In this document: in pieces, positions 1 through 9,689 of the stretch | How positions within the stretch are numbered: position 1 is the first letter of the stretch | Layout of the letters: every line of letters starts with the position of its first letter | Origin: Armatimonadota bacterium | Lineage (GTDB): Bacteria > Armatimonadota > SYMT01 | Assembly (NCBI GenBank): GCA_046292385.1 | Contig: JBKBRF010000003.1 | Coordinates: 242,231 to 306,230 of the forward strand | DNA: 64,000 nt | Direction of reading: 5' to 3' | Translations under genes and position numbers: made by a program | Notes under the pieces: model-generated | What the model saw: the letters and a program-made list of their open reading frames with translations, nothing else | Told to the model about the DNA's origin: nothing | Databases searched by the model: none

Positions 1-1
1 G

Positions 2-451
2 AACGCGCTCAAGCTGCGGAACATTCCCGTCGGTACGCAGATCCACGCGGTGGAGCTGCAGCCCGGCCGCGGCGCTCAGATGGTGCGCAGCGCCGGTACC
101 GGCGCCCAGCTGATGGCGAAGGAAGGCAAGTACGCGCTGGTGCGGCTTCCCAGCGGGGAGACCCGCATGGTGCTGCTCGAGTGCCGCGCCACCATCGGCG
201 TGGTCGGCAACTCGGACCACGAGAACGTCTCCCTCGGCAAGGCGGGGCGCAAGCGCGCCAAGGGGAAGCGGCCGCACGTCCGCGGCGTCACGATGAACCC
301 GCGCGACCATCCGCACGGTGGTGGCGAGGGCAAGGCGCCGGTGGGCCGCTCCGGCCCGATGACCCCCTGGGGCAAGCCGACGCTGGGCTACAAGACCCGC
401 CGCAACAAGGCGACCAGCAAGTTCATTGTTAAGAAGCGCGGTCGGCGCTAA
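2..451 (+). CDS. rplB: 50S ribosomal protein L2 (5'-truncated by window edge)
   Basis: Frame is open from base 2 ([19 protein letters not shown]). It contains the L2 C-terminal signature [21 protein letters not shown] and precedes rpsS. Confidence 0.98.
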   Translation, partial: NALKLRNIPVGTQIHAVELQPGRGAQMVRSAGTGAQLMAKEGKYALVRLPSGETRMVLLECRATIGVVGNSDHENVSLGKAGRKRAKGKRPHVRGVTMNPRDHPHGGGEGKAPVGRSGPMTPWGKPTLGYKTRRNKATSKFIVKKRGRR

Positions 452-472
452 GCCGGCTCGAGAGGTTGGGCT

Positions 473-757
473 ATGGGAAGATCGTTGAAGAAGGGGCCGT
501 ACGCCGACCCCAAGCTGCTCGAGAAGATCGACCAGATGAATGACCGGGGCGAAAAGCGGATCATCAAGACCTGGTCCCGCCGTTCGACGATCTTCCCGAG
601 CTTCATCGGACACACCATCGCGGTCCACAACGGCCGCACGCATGTGCCGATCTTCATTACCGAGAACATGGTGGGGCACAAGCTGGGCGAGTTCGCGCTG
701 ACGCGGACGTTCAAGGGCCACGCCGGTTCCAAGGAGCGTTCCAGCGGCCTGCGCTAA
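473..757 (+). CDS. rpsS: 30S ribosomal protein S19
   Basis: MGRSLKKGP...TWSRRS...GHKLGEF motifs; S10-operon order. Confidence 0.98.
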   Translation: MGRSLKKGPYADPKLLEKIDQMNDRGEKRIIKTWSRRSTIFPSFIGHTIAVHNGRTHVPIFITENMVGHKLGEFALTRTFKGHAGSKERSSGLR

Positions 758-811
758 CGCGCGGAGCAGCTCGGCAGCGTGCCTCGAAGCCAAGAATTCG
801 GAGCGAGCAAG

Positions 812-1423
812 ATGGGTGAGTATTTGGCGGGTCCCGGCGTGCGGAAGATCATTCGCAGCGGGACCAACAAAGCGCCGTTCGGACGCGTGATGGTGCAGAA
901 GTCCGGCCCCATGGCCGTGGTGAACGTCCACACGGTGAAGCCGGACACATTCGAGAGCCGGCGCACGGCGGATCTGGTGCCGGAGCTGGAGCGGGTGCTC
1001 AACCGGTCGGTCACCGTTGAGGTGACTCCGGAGGCCAGCGCCGCGCACAAGTTCGTGCGGGTGCCGCCGCTCAAGGCGCGCCGCGTGATGAACGAGATCC
1101 GCGGCAAGCACGTGGACGAGGCGCTGGCGATTCTGAAGTTCGTGCCGAACCGCGCGGCCCGCTACGTGGAAAAGCTGATCAAGTCCGCGGCGGCCAACGC
1201 CTTCGAGGGCTGGGGCGCCGAGCCGCACGAGCTGAAGGTGACGGTGCTGCACGCAGACGGCGGGCCGACGATGAAGCGCATCCAGCCGCGGGCGATGGGC
1301 CGGGCCTACCGGATCCTGAAGCGGTCCGCCCACCTCTCGGTGGCGGTCACCGCCGCCGAGCCGCGGGCCCAGCGCTCTCGGGGCGGCCGCCAGCGCGGAC
1401 GCGCCCAGGTGACCCGAGCCTGA
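812..1423 (+). CDS. rplV: 50S ribosomal protein L22 with ~73-aa N-terminal S3-KH-like extension
   Basis: L22 core (RVPPLKARRV...SAAANA...GPTMKRIQPRAMGRAYRILKR) lies between rpsS and rpsC. ATG at 812 follows GGAG at 800-803. There is no start codon at the usual L22 N-terminus. Confidence 0.93.
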   Translation: MGEYLAGPGVRKIIRSGTNKAPFGRVMVQKSGPMAVVNVHTVKPDTFESRRTADLVPELERVLNRSVTVEVTPEASAAHKFVRVPPLKARRVMNEIRGKHVDEALAILKFVPNRAARYVEKLIKSAAANAFEGWGAEPHELKVTVLHADGGPTMKRIQPRAMGRAYRILKRSAHLSVAVTAAEPRAQRSRGGRQRGRAQVTRA

Positions 1424-1441
1424 GACGGCGGAGAGTAGACT

Positions 1442-2281
1442 ATGGGACAGAAAGTACATCCGATCGGCTTCCGGCTCGGCATCATCCGAGACTGGGAGAG
1501 CAACTGGTACGCGGACAAGGACTACGCCGCGCGCCTTTATGAGGACTACCAGCTCCGCCAGTTCATCCGCAAGGAGCAGCCGAACGCGGCGATCTCCCGC
1601 GTGACGATCGACCGCCAGGCGGACAAGCTGCGCGTGACGGTGCACACCGGCAAGCCCGGCGTGATCATCGGCCGCGGCGGCCGCGGCGTCGACGACATGA
1701 AGGCGCGGCTGGAGCACAAGTTCGGCAAGCAGGTGAACCTGGTGGTCCAGGAGATCCGGCAGCCGGACCTGGACGCCCAGCTCGTGGCGGAGTCGATCGC
1801 GCAGCAGATCGAGAAGCGCGTCTCCGCCAAGCGGGCGGTGCGGCAGGCGATCCAGCGCAGCGTGCGCTCCGGCGCCAAGGGGATCAAGGTCCTCGTCTCC
1901 GGCCGCCTCGGCGGCTCGGAAATGGCGCGGAAGGACGGGGACAAGACGGGCAAGATCCCGCTCCACACCCTCCGCGCGGACGTGGACTACGGCTTCGCCG
2001 AAGCCGGCACGCAGTACGGAAACATCGGCTGCAAGGTGTGGATCTACCGCGGTGAGATCCTGCCAGACCAGCGCCGGGAGATGAAGGAGCGCGTCTCTCC
2101 GGAGCCGTTCATGCCCCGCGCCCCGCGCCGGGCGGAAGATCGGGACCGGGAGCGCGCGCAGCGGCGCGGCGGCCCCGGCGGTGATCGCGGCCCTGGCGGC
2201 GGCGGTCGCGGCGGGTCCCGCGGCGGACGCGGTGGCGGTGGCGGCGGCCGGAGCGGCGGCGGCGAGCGCGGACGAGGGTAG
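1442..2281 (+). CDS. rpsC: 30S ribosomal protein S3 with long Gly/Arg-rich C-terminal tail
   Basis: MGQKVHPIGFRLG, KH loop GVIIGRGG, and IPLHTLRAD. Confidence 0.98.
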   Translation: MGQKVHPIGFRLGIIRDWESNWYADKDYAARLYEDYQLRQFIRKEQPNAAISRVTIDRQADKLRVTVHTGKPGVIIGRGGRGVDDMKARLEHKFGKQVNLVVQEIRQPDLDAQLVAESIAQQIEKRVSAKRAVRQAIQRSVRSGAKGIKVLVSGRLGGSEMARKDGDKTGKIPLHTLRADVDYGFAEAGTQYGNIGCKVWIYRGEILPDQRREMKERVSPEPFMPRAPRRAEDRDRERAQRRGGPGGDRGPGGGGRGGSRGGRGGGGGGRSGGGERGRG

Positions 2282-2287
2282 AACGAG

Positions 2288-2743
2288 ATGCTGGCCCCGA
2301 AGAGAGTCAAGCACCGCAGGGTGCATCGAGGATCGATGGCCGGCCGGGCCAAGGGCGGCACCGAAATCCATTTCGGTGAGTACGCGCTCAAGGCGATGGG
2401 CCGGTGCTGGCTGACCAGCCAGCAGATCGAAGCGGCGCGTATCGCCATGACCCGCCACATCCGGCGCGGTGGAAAGATCTGGATCCGGGTGTTCCCGGAC
2501 AAGTCCTACACCAAGAAGCCCGCCGAGACCCGCATGGGCTCCGGTAAGGGCGCGCCCGAGGGCTGGGTCGCCGTGGTGAAGCCGGGCCGCATCCTGTTCG
2601 AGATGTCCGGCGTGGCGGAGCCGCTGGCGCGCGAAGCGATGCGACGCGCCGCCCACAAGCTCCCGGTGGAGGTCAAGTTCCTCGTGAAGGGACAAGTCGA
2701 GACCGAGGCCGAGCCGGAGACGGAAGCCGAGGCAACGGAATGA
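2288..2743 (+). CDS. rplP: 50S ribosomal protein L16
   Basis: [10 protein letters not shown]...RMGSGKG; short acidic tail. Confidence 0.98.
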   Translation: MLAPKRVKHRRVHRGSMAGRAKGGTEIHFGEYALKAMGRCWLTSQQIEAARIAMTRHIRRGGKIWIRVFPDKSYTKKPAETRMGSGKGAPEGWVAVVKPGRILFEMSGVAEPLAREAMRRAAHKLPVEVKFLVKGQVETEAEPETEAEATE

Positions 2744-2955
2744 GCCGAGCAGAAGAGCGAGAGCGACTGGGCGGACTCAGCGTGGTGGAGCTCCAGCAGG
2801 AGCTGAAGCAGGCGCGCGAGGAGCTGTTCCAGAATCGCGTGCGGTACGCCACGCGCGCCCTGGACAACCCGGAGCCGCTGCGCAAGGGCCGCAAGAAGAT
2901 CGCCCGGATTCTCACGTACATCCGGCAGCGCGAGCTCGCGGAGCAGCAGCTCTAG
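2740..2955 (+). CDS. rpmC: 50S ribosomal protein L29
   Basis: ELF...LDNP...[13 protein letters not shown] overlap with rplP. Confidence 0.95.
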   Translation: MSRAEERERLGGLSVVELQQELKQAREELFQNRVRYATRALDNPEPLRKGRKKIARILTYIRQRELAEQQL

Positions 2956-2988
2956 GCGCCTGCGGGCGAGCCACAGCGGGAGAGAGAA

Positions 2989-3270
2989 GTGGAAGCACAG
3001 GACACCCAGAACCAGCAGGCCCGCGGGCGGCGCAAGGTGCGCCAGGGACGCGTGGTCAGCGACAAGATGGACAAGACGGTGGTGGTGGCGGTGGAGTCGC
3101 GCGTGCGGCACCCGCTCTACGGCCGGATCGTGCGCCGCACCAAGCGGTACAAGGCGCATGACGAGACGAACCAGTATCACGTGGGCGACATGGTCGAGAT
3201 CACGGAGTGCCGCCCGCTGAGCCGGGACAAGACCTGGCGGGTGTCCCGGCTGATCGAAAAAGCACGGTAG
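2989..3270 (+). CDS. rpsQ: 30S ribosomal protein S17
   Basis: [14 protein letters not shown]...HPLY...ECRPLSRDK. Confidence 0.98.
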   Translation: MEAQDTQNQQARGRRKVRQGRVVSDKMDKTVVVAVESRVRHPLYGRIVRRTKRYKAHDETNQYHVGDMVEITECRPLSRDKTWRVSRLIEKAR

Positions 3271-3395
3271 TCGCAGGGCCGTCTTCACTCCGGCCGGATG
3301 CATTTCGGGGGCGGCGCGCGCCAGTTCGCACGCCGCCCGCCTCAGTGCCCGGCCCGGAACCCGAGGGTGGGCTCATTTCTTGGACGAGGTAGGCA

Positions 3396-3761
3396 ATGGT
3401 ACGGCCTTATACGCGGCTTCGCGTCGCGGACAATTCCGGCGCGCGGGAGCTGCTCTGCATCCGCGTGCTGAAGGGCAACAGCCAGACGGCCGCCGTGGGA
3501 GACGTGATCGTCGCGGCCGTGAAGCTGGCGACGCCCGGAGCCCAGGTGAAGAAGGGCGACGTTGTGCGCGCCGTGGTGGTGCGCACGCACAACCCGATCC
3601 GCCGCCCGGACGGCTCGGTGCTGCGGTTCGACGATAACGCGGCCGTGGTGGTGCAGCCTTCCGGCGATCCGCGCGGCACCCGCATCTTCGGACCGGTGGC
3701 GCGCGAGCTGCGGGACAAGCAGTTCATGAAGATCATTTCGCTGGCGCCGGAGGTGCTCTGA
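3396..3761 (+). CDS. rplN: 50S ribosomal protein L14
   Basis: VADNSGA...FDDNAAV...GTRIFGPV...SLAPEVL. Confidence 0.98.
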   Translation: MVRPYTRLRVADNSGARELLCIRVLKGNSQTAAVGDVIVAAVKLATPGAQVKKGDVVRAVVVRTHNPIRRPDGSVLRFDDNAAVVVQPSGDPRGTRIFGPVARELRDKQFMKIISLAPEVL

Positions 3762-4135
3762 TGGGTCAGACTCGAAAGCGGCACGACGCCGGCGAGCTGA
3801 AGCCCCACGTGCGCAAGAACGACGAGGTGGTGGTGCTGGCCGGGCGCAGCCTGGGCGAGCGCGGCCGGGTGCTGAGCGTGGACCCGCAGCGGGAGCGCGC
3901 GGTGGTGGAAGGTGTCAACCTGATCACCAAGCACCAGAAGCCGACGCCGAACCGCCAGGGCGGGCAGACGCAGGGCGGGCGCATCGAGAAGCCGGCGCCG
4001 ATCCACGTGAGCAACCTCATGGTGGTCTGCCCCAGCTGCAGCAAGCCCACCCGCGTGGCGCACAAGGAGCAGGAAGGCAAGTCCGTGCGGGCTTGCAAGC
4101 ACTGCGGCTCCGCTCTGGAGCGGGCGAGCAAGTAA
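3761..4135 (+). CDS. rplX: 50S ribosomal protein L24 (with CxxC...CxxC C-terminal motif)
   Basis: KOW-like VVVLAG...VEGVN...APIHVSN; CPSC and CKHC. Confidence 0.97.
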   Translation: MGQTRKRHDAGELKPHVRKNDEVVVLAGRSLGERGRVLSVDPQRERAVVEGVNLITKHQKPTPNRQGGQTQGGRIEKPAPIHVSNLMVVCPSCSKPTRVAHKEQEGKSVRACKHCGSALERASK

Positions 4136-4198
4136 GGCCGGCCGCCGGCGGCCCGGGGATCCCGGACGCGGCGGCCCGGATCGGACGGAGTGAGGAAA

Positions 4199-4759
4199 AT
4201 GCCTCGACTGAAGGATCGGTACCGGAACGAGATCGTCCCGGCGCTGATGAAAGAGTTCAACTATAGCAACGTCATGCAGGTGCCCCGCCTGGAGAAGGTG
4301 GTCATCAACATGGGCGTCGGCACCGCCGTGGCGGACCCGAAGACCCTGGACGGCGCCGTGCGGGACCTCTCGCTGATCAGCGGCCAGAAGCCGGTGGTGA
4401 CGCGCGCCAAGAAGTCGATCGCGGCGTTCAAGATCCGCGAGGGCATGCGGATCGGCGCCAAGGTGACGCTGCGCGGCGACCGGATGTGGTACTTCCTGGA
4501 CAAGCTGTTCAACGTGGTGATGCCGCGGATCCGCGACTTCGGCGGGATCAACCAGAACGCCTTCGACGGCCACGGCAACTTCGCCACCGGCCTGAAGGAG
4601 CAGTTGGTCTTCCCGGAAATCCAGTATGATCAGATTGACCGGATCCGCGGGATGGACATCGTGATTGGCACCAGCGCCAAAACCGATCAGGAAGCGCGGG
4701 CCCTGCTGAAGGCGCTCGGACTTCCGTTCCGTGGAGAGGGTGGGCGGCGCCAGGAGTAA
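4199..4759 (+). CDS. rplE: 50S ribosomal protein L5
   Basis: [11 protein letters not shown]...GAKVTLRG...FDGHGN...FPEI...GMDI; ATG follows GAGG. Confidence 0.98.
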   Translation: MPRLKDRYRNEIVPALMKEFNYSNVMQVPRLEKVVINMGVGTAVADPKTLDGAVRDLSLISGQKPVVTRAKKSIAAFKIREGMRIGAKVTLRGDRMWYFLDKLFNVVMPRIRDFGGINQNAFDGHGNFATGLKEQLVFPEIQYDQIDRIRGMDIVIGTSAKTDQEARALLKALGLPFRGEGGRRQE

Positions 4760-4841
4760 GTCGCCTCCCCTCTTCGGGGACCCCATAACCGCACTTCGCT
4801 ACCGGTCCTGACATCGAAGACGCTGTTCAGGGAGGCCCAAG

Positions 4842-6872
4842 TTGAAGCGCTATAGTGGCGAGCAGTTGAGGAACATCGTTCTGGCGGGACACCAGGGGAC
4901 CGGTAAGACCTCCCTGGTGGAAGCCTTGCTCTTCGATACCGGGGCGATCGACCGCCTCGGCCGGGTGGAAGACGGCAACGCGAAGACCGACTTCGACCCG
5001 GAAGAAGTGCGCCGGAACATCAGCATCAACCTCGCCCTGGCGCCGGTGGAGTGGCGGGAGCATAAGATCAACTTGCTCGATGCTCCCGGCTACCTCGACT
5101 TCGTGGGCGAAGTGAGCAGCGGAATGCGGGTGGCCGACGCGGCCGTGCTGCTGGTGTCGGCGCCCTCCGGGGTAGAAGTGGGGACGGAGATCGCGTGGGA
5201 TCTGGCGACGGACCGCAAGCTTCCCAAGTTCATCTTCGTCAATAAGATGGACCGCGAGAACGCGGACTTCGGGCGGGTGATGGAGTCGATCCGCAGCACC
5301 TTCGGCGGCCGCTGCGTGCCGATCCAGGTGCCGATCGGCCAGGAGCGCAGCTTCAGCGGCGTCGTCGACATCCTTCGCCAGGTGGCGTTCGTCGGGAGCG
5401 GGCAGGACGTGAAGCAGGGGGAGATCCCCGCAAGCTGCCAGCCGCTGGTGGATGAGTGGCGCGAGTGCCTGATGGAGTGCGCGGCGGAAGCCGACGACGA
5501 GCTGCTGGAGAAGTACCTGGGCGGCGAGCCGCTTTCGGATGAGGAGCTGTCGCGCGGACTGGTGGCGGCGGTAAGGGCCGGCGGGACGATCCCGGTGCTC
5601 TTCGGGAGCGCGACGGCGAACATCGGCGTGCAGCCGCTGCTCGACGCGATCGTGGAGATGGCGCCGGCTCCGGAAGAGGCGGGCGTGGAGGCAGGCCCGG
5701 TGGAGGCGCTGGTCTTCAAGACGATCAGCGATCCGTACGTCGGGAAGCTGAGCTATTACCGGGTCTACTCCGGCACGCTGCACGGCGGGGCCGACCTGCA
5801 CAACGCGAGCCGCCATCACGACGAGCGGCTGGGGCAGCTGCTGGTGCTGCGCGGAAAGCAGCAGGAAGTGGTACAGGAGATCCCGGCGGGGGACATCGGC
5901 GCGGTGGCCAAGCTGGCGCATACCGGCACCGGCGACACCCTGGCGGAAAAGGGGCGGCACGAGAGCCTGCCCGGAATCGACTTTCCGCAGCCGGCCTACA
6001 GCCGGGCGATCGTGGCCCTCAGCAAGGCCGACGAAGACAAAATGGGCCCCGCGCTGGCGAGGCTGGCGGACGAGGATCCGACGTTCCACTTCGAGCGCGA
6101 TCCCGAGACCGGGCAGACGGTGATCTCCGGACAGGGCGACACGCACCTGAACGTGGTGATCGAGCGGCTCAAGCGGTTCGGGGCCAACGTGCGGGACGAG
6201 GAGGTCCGGATCCCGTACCGGGAGACGATCCAGAGCACCGCGCGGGTGCAGGGTCGACACAAGAAGCAGACCGGCGGCCGCGGCCAGTTCGGAGACTGCT
6301 GGGTCAAGTTTGAGCCGCTCCCGCGCGGAAGCGGCTATGAGTTTATAGATGCCATCGTAGGCGGCGCCATTCCCCGGCAGTATATTCCGGCCGTGGATAA
6401 GGGGCTGCAAGAAGCGATGGAACATGGTATTCTTGGCGGGTTCAAAGTTGTGGACGTCCGGGCCACCTGTGATGATGGCTCCTACCATGACGTGGACTCG
6501 AGCGAGATGGCGTTCAGACAGGCGGCTCACCTGGCGTTCCGGGCGGGCATGGAGAAGGCTCACCCGGTGCTGTTGGAGCCGCTGCTGAACGTGGAGATCG
6601 TCGTCCCCGAACAGTTTATGGGCGACGTGATCAGTGACATGAACACCAAGCGCGGGCGCATCCTCGGGATGGAGCCGGCCGGAAACGGCCGGCAGAGCAT
6701 CCGGGCCACGGCGCCGCAGGCAGAGCTTCTGGGCTACGCGATCGACCTCCGCTCCATTGCGCGGGGTCGAGGACGGTTCACCACGGAGTTCAGCCATTAC
6801 GAAGAAGTGCCCGCGCACGTCGCCCAACAGGTAGTCGAGAAGGCTAAGAAGGAACGCGAAGAGCATGGCTAA
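4842..6872 (+). CDS. Elongation factor G paralogue (EF-G II/EF-G2-like GTPase)
   Basis: G1 GHQGTGKT, switch I RNISI, G3 DAPGY, G4 NKMD, domain [12 protein letters not shown] and [11 protein letters not shown] start follows GGAGG. The stop overlaps the rpsN start. Confidence 0.93.
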   Translation: MKRYSGEQLRNIVLAGHQGTGKTSLVEALLFDTGAIDRLGRVEDGNAKTDFDPEEVRRNISINLALAPVEWREHKINLLDAPGYLDFVGEVSSGMRVADAAVLLVSAPSGVEVGTEIAWDLATDRKLPKFIFVNKMDRENADFGRVMESIRSTFGGRCVPIQVPIGQERSFSGVVDILRQVAFVGSGQDVKQGEIPASCQPLVDEWRECLMECAAEADDELLEKYLGGEPLSDEELSRGLVAAVRAGGTIPVLFGSATANIGVQPLLDAIVEMAPAPEEAGVEAGPVEALVFKTISDPYVGKLSYYRVYSGTLHGGADLHNASRHHDERLGQLLVLRGKQQEVVQEIPAGDIGAVAKLAHTGTGDTLAEKGRHESLPGIDFPQPAYSRAIVALSKADEDKMGPALARLADEDPTFHFERDPETGQTVISGQGDTHLNVVIERLKRFGANVRDEEVRIPYRETIQSTARVQGRHKKQTGGRGQFGDCWVKFEPLPRGSGYEFIDAIVGGAIPRQYIPAVDKGLQEAMEHGILGGFKVVDVRATCDDGSYHDVDSSEMAFRQAAHLAFRAGMEKAHPVLLEPLLNVEIVVPEQFMGDVISDMNTKRGRILGMEPAGNGRQSIRATAPQAELLGYAIDLRSIARGRGRFTTEFSHYEEVPAHVAQQVVEKAKKEREEHG

Positions 6873-7050
6873 GCAAGCCCTCATCGTGAAGGCCAGGCGG
6901 CCCGCGAAGTTCAAGGTGCGCCAGTACAACCGGTGCAATGTCTGCGGCCGCTCGCGGGGTTACTTCCGCAAGTTCGGCCTTTGTCGGATTTGTCTGCGCG
7001 AGATGGCGCTGCGCGGGCTCGTGCCCGGCGTGACGAAGAGTAGCTGGTAA
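6865..7050 (+). CDS. rpsN: 30S ribosomal protein S14, zinc-binding type Z
   Basis: 61 aa; RCNVCGR...LCRICLRE...PGVTKSSW. Confidence 0.98.
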   Translation: MAKQALIVKARRPAKFKVRQYNRCNVCGRSRGYFRKFGLCRICLREMALRGLVPGVTKSSW

Positions 7051-7063
7051 GGGGTCTCAACTC

Positions 7064-7465
7064 ATGAGTGCGATCACCGATCCTGTGGCGGACCTCCTCA
7101 CCCGTATTCGCAATGCGTCGCGGGCCGGTCACGAGCAGGTGGAGATTCCGGGCTCCCGGCTGAAGCTGGAGATCGTCCGGATCCTGGAAGAAGAGAAGTT
7201 CATCCGGGGGTATCAGTTCATCCAGGACGAGAAGCAGGGCATCCTGCGGGTCTTTCTGAAGTACGGCACCCGCCGGCAGCCCGTGCTGAACAACCTGAAG
7301 CGCGTCAGCAAGCCCGGTCTGCGGGTCTACGCTTCGGCTTCGGACGTACCCCGGGTGCAGAACGGCATGGGCGTGGCAATCCTGAGCACCAGCCGCGGCT
7401 TGCTGCCGGACCGCGAGTGCCGGCGGCTCCGCGTGGGCGGCGAAGTGCTCTGCTACGCGTGGTAA
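7064..7465 (+). CDS. rpsH: 30S ribosomal protein S8
   Basis: [13 protein letters not shown]...SKPGLRVY...STSRG...GGEVLC. Confidence 0.98.
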   Translation: MSAITDPVADLLTRIRNASRAGHEQVEIPGSRLKLEIVRILEEEKFIRGYQFIQDEKQGILRVFLKYGTRRQPVLNNLKRVSKPGLRVYASASDVPRVQNGMGVAILSTSRGLLPDRECRRLRVGGEVLCYAW

Positions 7466-7568
7466 TCAGGTTCCCACCGCTCTGCGGGTCAGGTTCCAGG
7501 CTCTCCGGGCGCTAACCCGCCGGAGACCTGGAGCTTTCACCGTGGAGCCCGGGCCTTGGAGCAAGATT

Positions 7569-8132
7569 ATGTCTCGGATTGGTAAGCAGCCGATTACGCT
7601 GCCCTCCGGCGTGGAGGTCTCGCGTAATAACGGACACGTGGTAGTGAAGGGCCCGAAGGGGACTCTGGAGCGCCCGCTGCCGGCCGGCATCGACGTGCGC
7701 GTGGACGGGAACCAGCTCCTGGTGGAGCGGCCCAACGACGAGCAGCAGATGCGGGCGCTGCACGGGCTCACGCGCTCCCTGGTGGCCAACATGGTCAAGG
7801 GTGTGTCGGATGGCTACGAGAAGGTGCTCGACATCGTCGGCGTCGGTTTCCGCGCGGAGATGGTGGGCCAGGCCGTCCGGATGCAGGTGGGTTATTCGCA
7901 CCTGGTGGAGGTTCACCCCAAGCCCGGCATCACCTTCGAGGTGGGCCAGGAGACGAACAACCGCCAGTTCTTCCTGCGCATCAAGGGCATCGACAAGGAG
8001 CTGGTCGGCCAGCAGGCCGCCGAGGTACGCGGGTTGAAGAAGCCGGAGCCCTACAAGGGCAAGGGCATCCGCTACCGAGGTGAGGCCGTGCGCCGCAAGG
8101 CTGGTAAGACCGCCAAGGGCGGCAAGAAGTAG
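7569..8132 (+). CDS. rplF: 50S ribosomal protein L6
   Basis: MSRIGKQPI...[11 protein letters not shown]. Confidence 0.98.
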   Translation: MSRIGKQPITLPSGVEVSRNNGHVVVKGPKGTLERPLPAGIDVRVDGNQLLVERPNDEQQMRALHGLTRSLVANMVKGVSDGYEKVLDIVGVGFRAEMVGQAVRMQVGYSHLVEVHPKPGITFEVGQETNNRQFFLRIKGIDKELVGQQAAEVRGLKKPEPYKGKGIRYRGEAVRRKAGKTAKGGKK

Positions 8133-8143
8133 GATCAAGCAAG

Positions 8144-8503
8144 ATGCTACGGAAGCGTGCACTTCGTGAGCGGCGCCACCAGAGACTGCGCCGCAAGCTG
8201 AGCGGGACGACCGATCGGCCGCGACTCGCGGTCTATCGGAGCGAACATCACATCTACGCTCAGGTAATCGACGATACCCGCGGCCATACGGTCGCCGCGG
8301 CCTCCACCCTCGACCCCTCGCTGCGGTCCGAGCTGAAGTACGGCGGCAACGTCGAGGCGGCCAAGCGCGTGGGCGAGCTGGTAGCGAGCCGCGCCAAGGA
8401 AGCCGGGGTGGCGAAGGTGGTCTTCGACCGCGGCGGCGTGGCCTACCACGGTCGGGTGGCGGCGCTCGCCCAGGCGGCGCGCGAAGCGGGCCTGGAGTTT
8501 TAA
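8144..8503 (+). CDS. rplR: 50S ribosomal protein L18
   Basis: RPRLAVYRS...VVFDRGG...YHGRV...GLEF. Confidence 0.98.
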   Translation: MLRKRALRERRHQRLRRKLSGTTDRPRLAVYRSEHHIYAQVIDDTRGHTVAAASTLDPSLRSELKYGGNVEAAKRVGELVASRAKEAGVAKVVFDRGGVAYHGRVAALAQAAREAGLEF

Positions 8504-8504
8504 G

Positions 8505-9065
8505 ATGCGACATATCGATCCCAACACCCTCGAGCTGGAAGAGAGGGTGGTGAAGACCAACAAGTGCCAGAAGACCCACAAGGGCGGCCGGACCATGAGC
8601 TGGAACGCCCTGGTGGTGGTGGGTGACGGCCGCGGCCACGTCGGCGCCGGCATGGGCAAGGCCCGTGGTATTCCGGACGCCATCCGCAAGGGCGTGGAAT
8701 CGGCGAAGAAGGTGATCATCGAAGTCCCGATGGACGGCACCACCATCCCGCACCCGGTCACCATCTCCTACGGCGCGTCGGTGGTGATGCTCAAGCCGGC
8801 CTCCCCCGGAACCGGGGTGGTAGCGGGCGGCTCCGTGCGCGCGGTGCTGGAAGCCGCCGGTATCCGGGACGTCCTGGCGAAGTCGCTCGGCTCCTCCAAC
8901 GCGATCAACTGCGCCTGGGCGACGATCAAGGCCCTGCGGGCCCTGCGGACGCCGGAAGAGGTGGCGGAGGCGCGCGGCGTCGACGTCTCCCGGCTCCCGG
9001 TGCGCCGGCAGGCGAAGGCGAAGGGCCTGGCAGAGGCCCTGGAGGCGAGCCATGCCGAAGGTTAA
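8505..9065 (+). CDS. rpsE: 30S ribosomal protein S5
   Basis: KGGR...ALVVVGDG...[12 protein letters not shown]...GSSN. Confidence 0.97.
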   Translation: MRHIDPNTLELEERVVKTNKCQKTHKGGRTMSWNALVVVGDGRGHVGAGMGKARGIPDAIRKGVESAKKVIIEVPMDGTTIPHPVTISYGASVVMLKPASPGTGVVAGGSVRAVLEAAGIRDVLAKSLGSSNAINCAWATIKALRALRTPEEVAEARGVDVSRLPVRRQAKAKGLAEALEASHAEG

Positions 9066-9252
9066 GATCACCCTCGTGCGCAGCCCCATCGGGAGCCCGG
9101 AGCGCCAGCGCCGGACGGTGGAGGGGCTCGGCCTCGGCCGGGTCAACAGCAGCGTCATCCAGCCGGCGAACCTCCAGATCCTGGGGATGATTCGCAAGGT
9201 GGCGCATCTCGTCCATATTGAAGAAGTAGCCGAAGAAGCTGAAACGAGATGA
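9052..9252 (+). CDS. rpmD: 50S ribosomal protein L30
   Basis: [10 protein letters not shown]...LGL...[10 protein letters not shown]. Confidence 0.97.
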   Translation: MPKVKITLVRSPIGSPERQRRTVEGLGLGRVNSSVIQPANLQILGMIRKVAHLVHIEEVAEEAETR

Positions 9253-9689
9253 AACCGAGTGATCTGCGTCCGAATGTCGGCGCCAAGCACTCCCGCAAGC
9301 GGGTAGGCCGGGGCATCGGCAGCGGCATGGGCAAGACCGCGACCCGCGGTCACAAGGGTCAGTACGCGCGCAACGGCGTGCGCGCCGGCTTCGAGGGCGG
9401 CCAGACCCCCCTCCACCGGCGCCTGCCGCGCAAGCGCGGGTTCAACAACCAGTTTGCCAAGGAGTTCGCCATCATCAACCTGGATGATCTGGCGGTCTTC
9501 GAGGCCGGCACCGAGATCACTCCGGAGCTCCTGCTGGAGCGGCGCGTGATCCGGGAGTTGAAGGACGGGTTGAAGGTCCTGGGAGACGGCGAGCTGGGCC
9601 GCGCCCTCACGGTGCGCGCGCACAAGTTCAGCAAGTCCGCCCTCGACAAGATTGCCGCGAGCGGCGGCACGGCAGAGGTCATCGGCTAA
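9249..9689 (+). CDS. rplO: 50S ribosomal protein L15
   Basis: RVGRGIGSG...[12 protein letters not shown]...LKVLGDG. Confidence 0.98.
   Translation: MKPSDLRPNVGAKHSRKRVGRGIGSGMGKTATRGHKGQYARNGVRAGFEGGQTPLHRRLPRKRGFNNQFAKEFAIINLDDLAVFEAGTEITPELLLERRVIRELKDGLKVLGDGELGRALTVRAHKFSKSALDKIAASGGTAEVIG

Noticed and set aside
6330..6500. More AT-rich codons in the 3' part of the EF-G paralogue as an internal promoter for rpsN
   Set aside because: No convincing -35/-10 pair was found by eye, so it cannot be supported without TSS data.
4827..9623. Long minus-strand ORFs (4827-6938, 7512-9623) and similar ones elsewhere (e.g. 43035-45230 +, most of 54057-56615 -)
   Set aside because: They are antisense shadows of well-supported genes, expected in high-GC coding DNA, and have no recognisable motifs.
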